Shown here: piece by piece, positions 62,045-64,000 of the stretch | How positions within the stretch are numbered: position 1 is the stretch's first letter | Layout: the number at the start of each line of letters is the position of its first letter | NCBI RefSeq assembly: GCF_963921235.1 | Contig: NC_086101.1 | Location: 10,790,001-10,854,000 of the forward strand | From: Mobula hypostoma | Taxonomy: Eukaryota | DNA length: 64,000 nucleotides | Reading direction: 5' to 3' | Translations under genes and position numbers: made by a program | The notes under the pieces: model-generated | What the model was told of the DNA's origin: nothing | Database searches by the model: none | What the model saw: the letters and a program-made list of their open reading frames with translations, nothing else

Positions 62045-62164
62045 ATGATCTCTTCCCTGCTGTTCCTGAATGGGTCCTGCCACTGGTCGTCACCATTTGT
62101 GTTGTAATTGCTGCTAACTTCACCCTGATTTATTGGAATGTGAAACAAAACAGACGCATAAAAG
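62045..62164 (+). CDS. Butyrophilin-like gene, transmembrane exon
   Basis: TTTGTTCCACAG acceptor, GTACGT donor, 120 bp, phase 1-1; DLFPAVPEWVLPLVVTICVVIAANFTLIYWNVKQNRRIK (hydrophobic helix then basic stop-transfer residues). Confidence 0.8.
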
Positions 62165-62799
62165 GTACGTTTCTGCAGTGTGAAGTATTCGCCTGGAAAT
62201 CCAGTGGAAAATATCCCAGTTTCCCTCAGCAATTTCTGTGGAAAGCCAGAGCATTTTCTGGAAAGATTTTGTAAAATCCACATTCCCAGCAGGCTCTGAC
62301 ATTCCAGCAGTGAACATTGTCTCTGGTAAGAATATTTATAGCCATAGAGTTGGGAAGTAAGGATGGAAACTGCCCGATGTTCAATCTCCTGTGTCTGTCT
62401 GATGAAGTGCCAGGAGATTCATGTACTTCCTGTAACTTGGTTCCCGATATTTAGGCTGCTCTCCAGTGGTGAGACTGGGCACAATTTGTATGATAACTTT
62501 GTTCAATAGCTCAAACCAAATTTTAAAACTCTGCATTTTTAATGTGTAATCTATCCCACTGTAAGCTCTGCACTTTTGGAGTCCTAAAATGTTCTAAGGA
62601 GGCTTTCCAGAGGACAGAGCACAGAACTTCATCTTTTAAGCAGTAAAGCACAAAAAATGCTGGAAGAGCTCAGCATCTGTGGAAAGAAATAAACAGTCAA
62701 CGTCTCAGACCAAGACCATTGACTGAAAAGGAATTACACTGACTTCATTACTTACATCCTTCATATACATGAGGAGTAAAAATCTTTATGTTATGTCTC

Positions 62800-63838
62800 C
62801 ATCTAAATGTGCAATGTGCAATTATAGTAATTTAGGATAAATATTATGTACAACAGAATAGTCAATATAACACAGACATACAGTTGTGTCAGCATGAATT
62901 AAGCAGGCTGATGGCCTGGTGGAAGAAGCTGTCCCGGAGCCTGTTGTTCCTGGCTATTATGCTATGGTATCTTTTCCCAGATGGTAGCAGCTGGAACAAT
63001 TTGTGGCTGGGGTGACTCGGGTCTCCAATAATCCTTCGGAACCTTTTTACACACCTTTCTTTGTAAATGTCGACGATCCCCTTTGTAAATATCCTGAATG
63101 TTGGGAACTTCACATCTACAGATGTGCTGGGCTGTCTGCACCACTCTGCAGGGACCTGTGATTGAGGGAAGTACCGTTCCCTTACCAGGGAGTGATGCAG
63201 CCAGTCAGGATGCTCTCAATCATGCCCCTATTGAAAGTTCTTAGAATTTGTGGAGCCATACCAAGCTTCCTCAACCGTCTGAGGTGACAGAGGTGCTGTT
63301 GTGCCTTTTTCACCACACAGCCGGTATGTACAGACCACGTGAGATCCTCGGTGATGTTTATGCTGAGGATCTTAAAGCTGTTCACCCTCTCAACCCCAGA
63401 TCCATTGATGTCTATAGAATGCCTGTCTCCATTCCTCCTGTAGTCCACAACCAGGTCCTCTATTTTTGCGACATTGAGGGAGAGGCTGTTTTCTTGGCAC
63501 CATTATATCAGGGTGATGACTTCCTCTCTGTCGGCTGCATCATTATTATTTGAGATTAGGCTAATCTGTCGTCAGCAAATTTAATCAGCAGATTGAAGCT
63601 GTGGGTAGCTACACAGTCATGAGAATAAAGGAGGGGGCTTAGTACACAGCCCTGAGGGGCACCTGTGTTGAGGGTCAAAGGGGCAGAGGTGAGGGAGCCC
63701 ACTCTTACCACCTGCCAGTGATCTGACAGGAAGTCTAGGATCCAGCTACACACGGCAGGCTGAAGGCCGAGGTCTCTGAGCTTCTTGTTGAGCCTGGAGG
63801 GAACTATGGTGTTGAATCCAAGAACAGCATTCTCACGT
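62800..63838 (-). mobile_element. Rex1-like RT and 3' end
   Basis: CSWILDFL...GAPQGCVLSPLLYS...LIKFADD; KKAQQHL; QLLPSGKRY...RLRDSFF. Confidence 0.88.
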
Positions 63839-64000
63839 AAGGAAGGGTGAAGAAGCCAGCAAGAAGATGGGTGGTGGGTAAGGAGTACAACTTAGGGGCT
63901 GGCAGGTGATGGTAGGTGAGGGAAGAGATTGATGGATGAGGGAGGGAGTTGAAGTGTGAAGGGGGGAGGTGATAGATGGTAAAAGGCTGAAGCAGAGGGA

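Noticed and set aside
1..64000. The many 60-130 aa ORFs in the track as genes; prokaryotic operons or defence systems
   Set aside because: Nearly all are TE fragments or antisense shadows of them; there is no operon structure, rRNA or CRISPR array.

Overview
This is eukaryotic, repeat-dense vertebrate DNA. The repeat content and the TRIM/B30.2 exon style suggest a cartilaginous fish, possibly a ray; that is inference only. Most of the window is nested transposable elements: many CR1-type LINEs, Rex1-like, L2 and L1 LINE fragments, Penelope remnants, several Ty3/Gypsy LTR elements, hAT elements and MITEs, an Academ-like XPG/Cys-rich transposon and a Tc1 end. Host-gene content is two loci. The first is three 3' exons of a disabled TRIM-type B30.2/PRY-SPRY gene on the minus strand (14.7-18.5 kb). 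The second is three intact, phase-compatible exons of a butyrophilin-like gene on the plus strand (signal peptide 45542, IgV 55882, TM 62045), with no visible IgC exon; it probably continues past the window end. Most notable observations: (1) a non-autonomous PNMA-gag Gypsy element whose RNase H/integrase region is replaced by in-frame, intron-less sarcomeric myosin heavy-chain rod fragments; (2) two sushi-type chromoviruses fused head-to-head with both 3' LTR ends facing outward and a shared TSD-like repeat; (3) a 5'-inverted (twin-primed) L1 with a 14-bp TSD; (4) a perfect 154-bp palindrome inside the Academ-like element. All family assignments come from motif recognition by eye; no database search was run.
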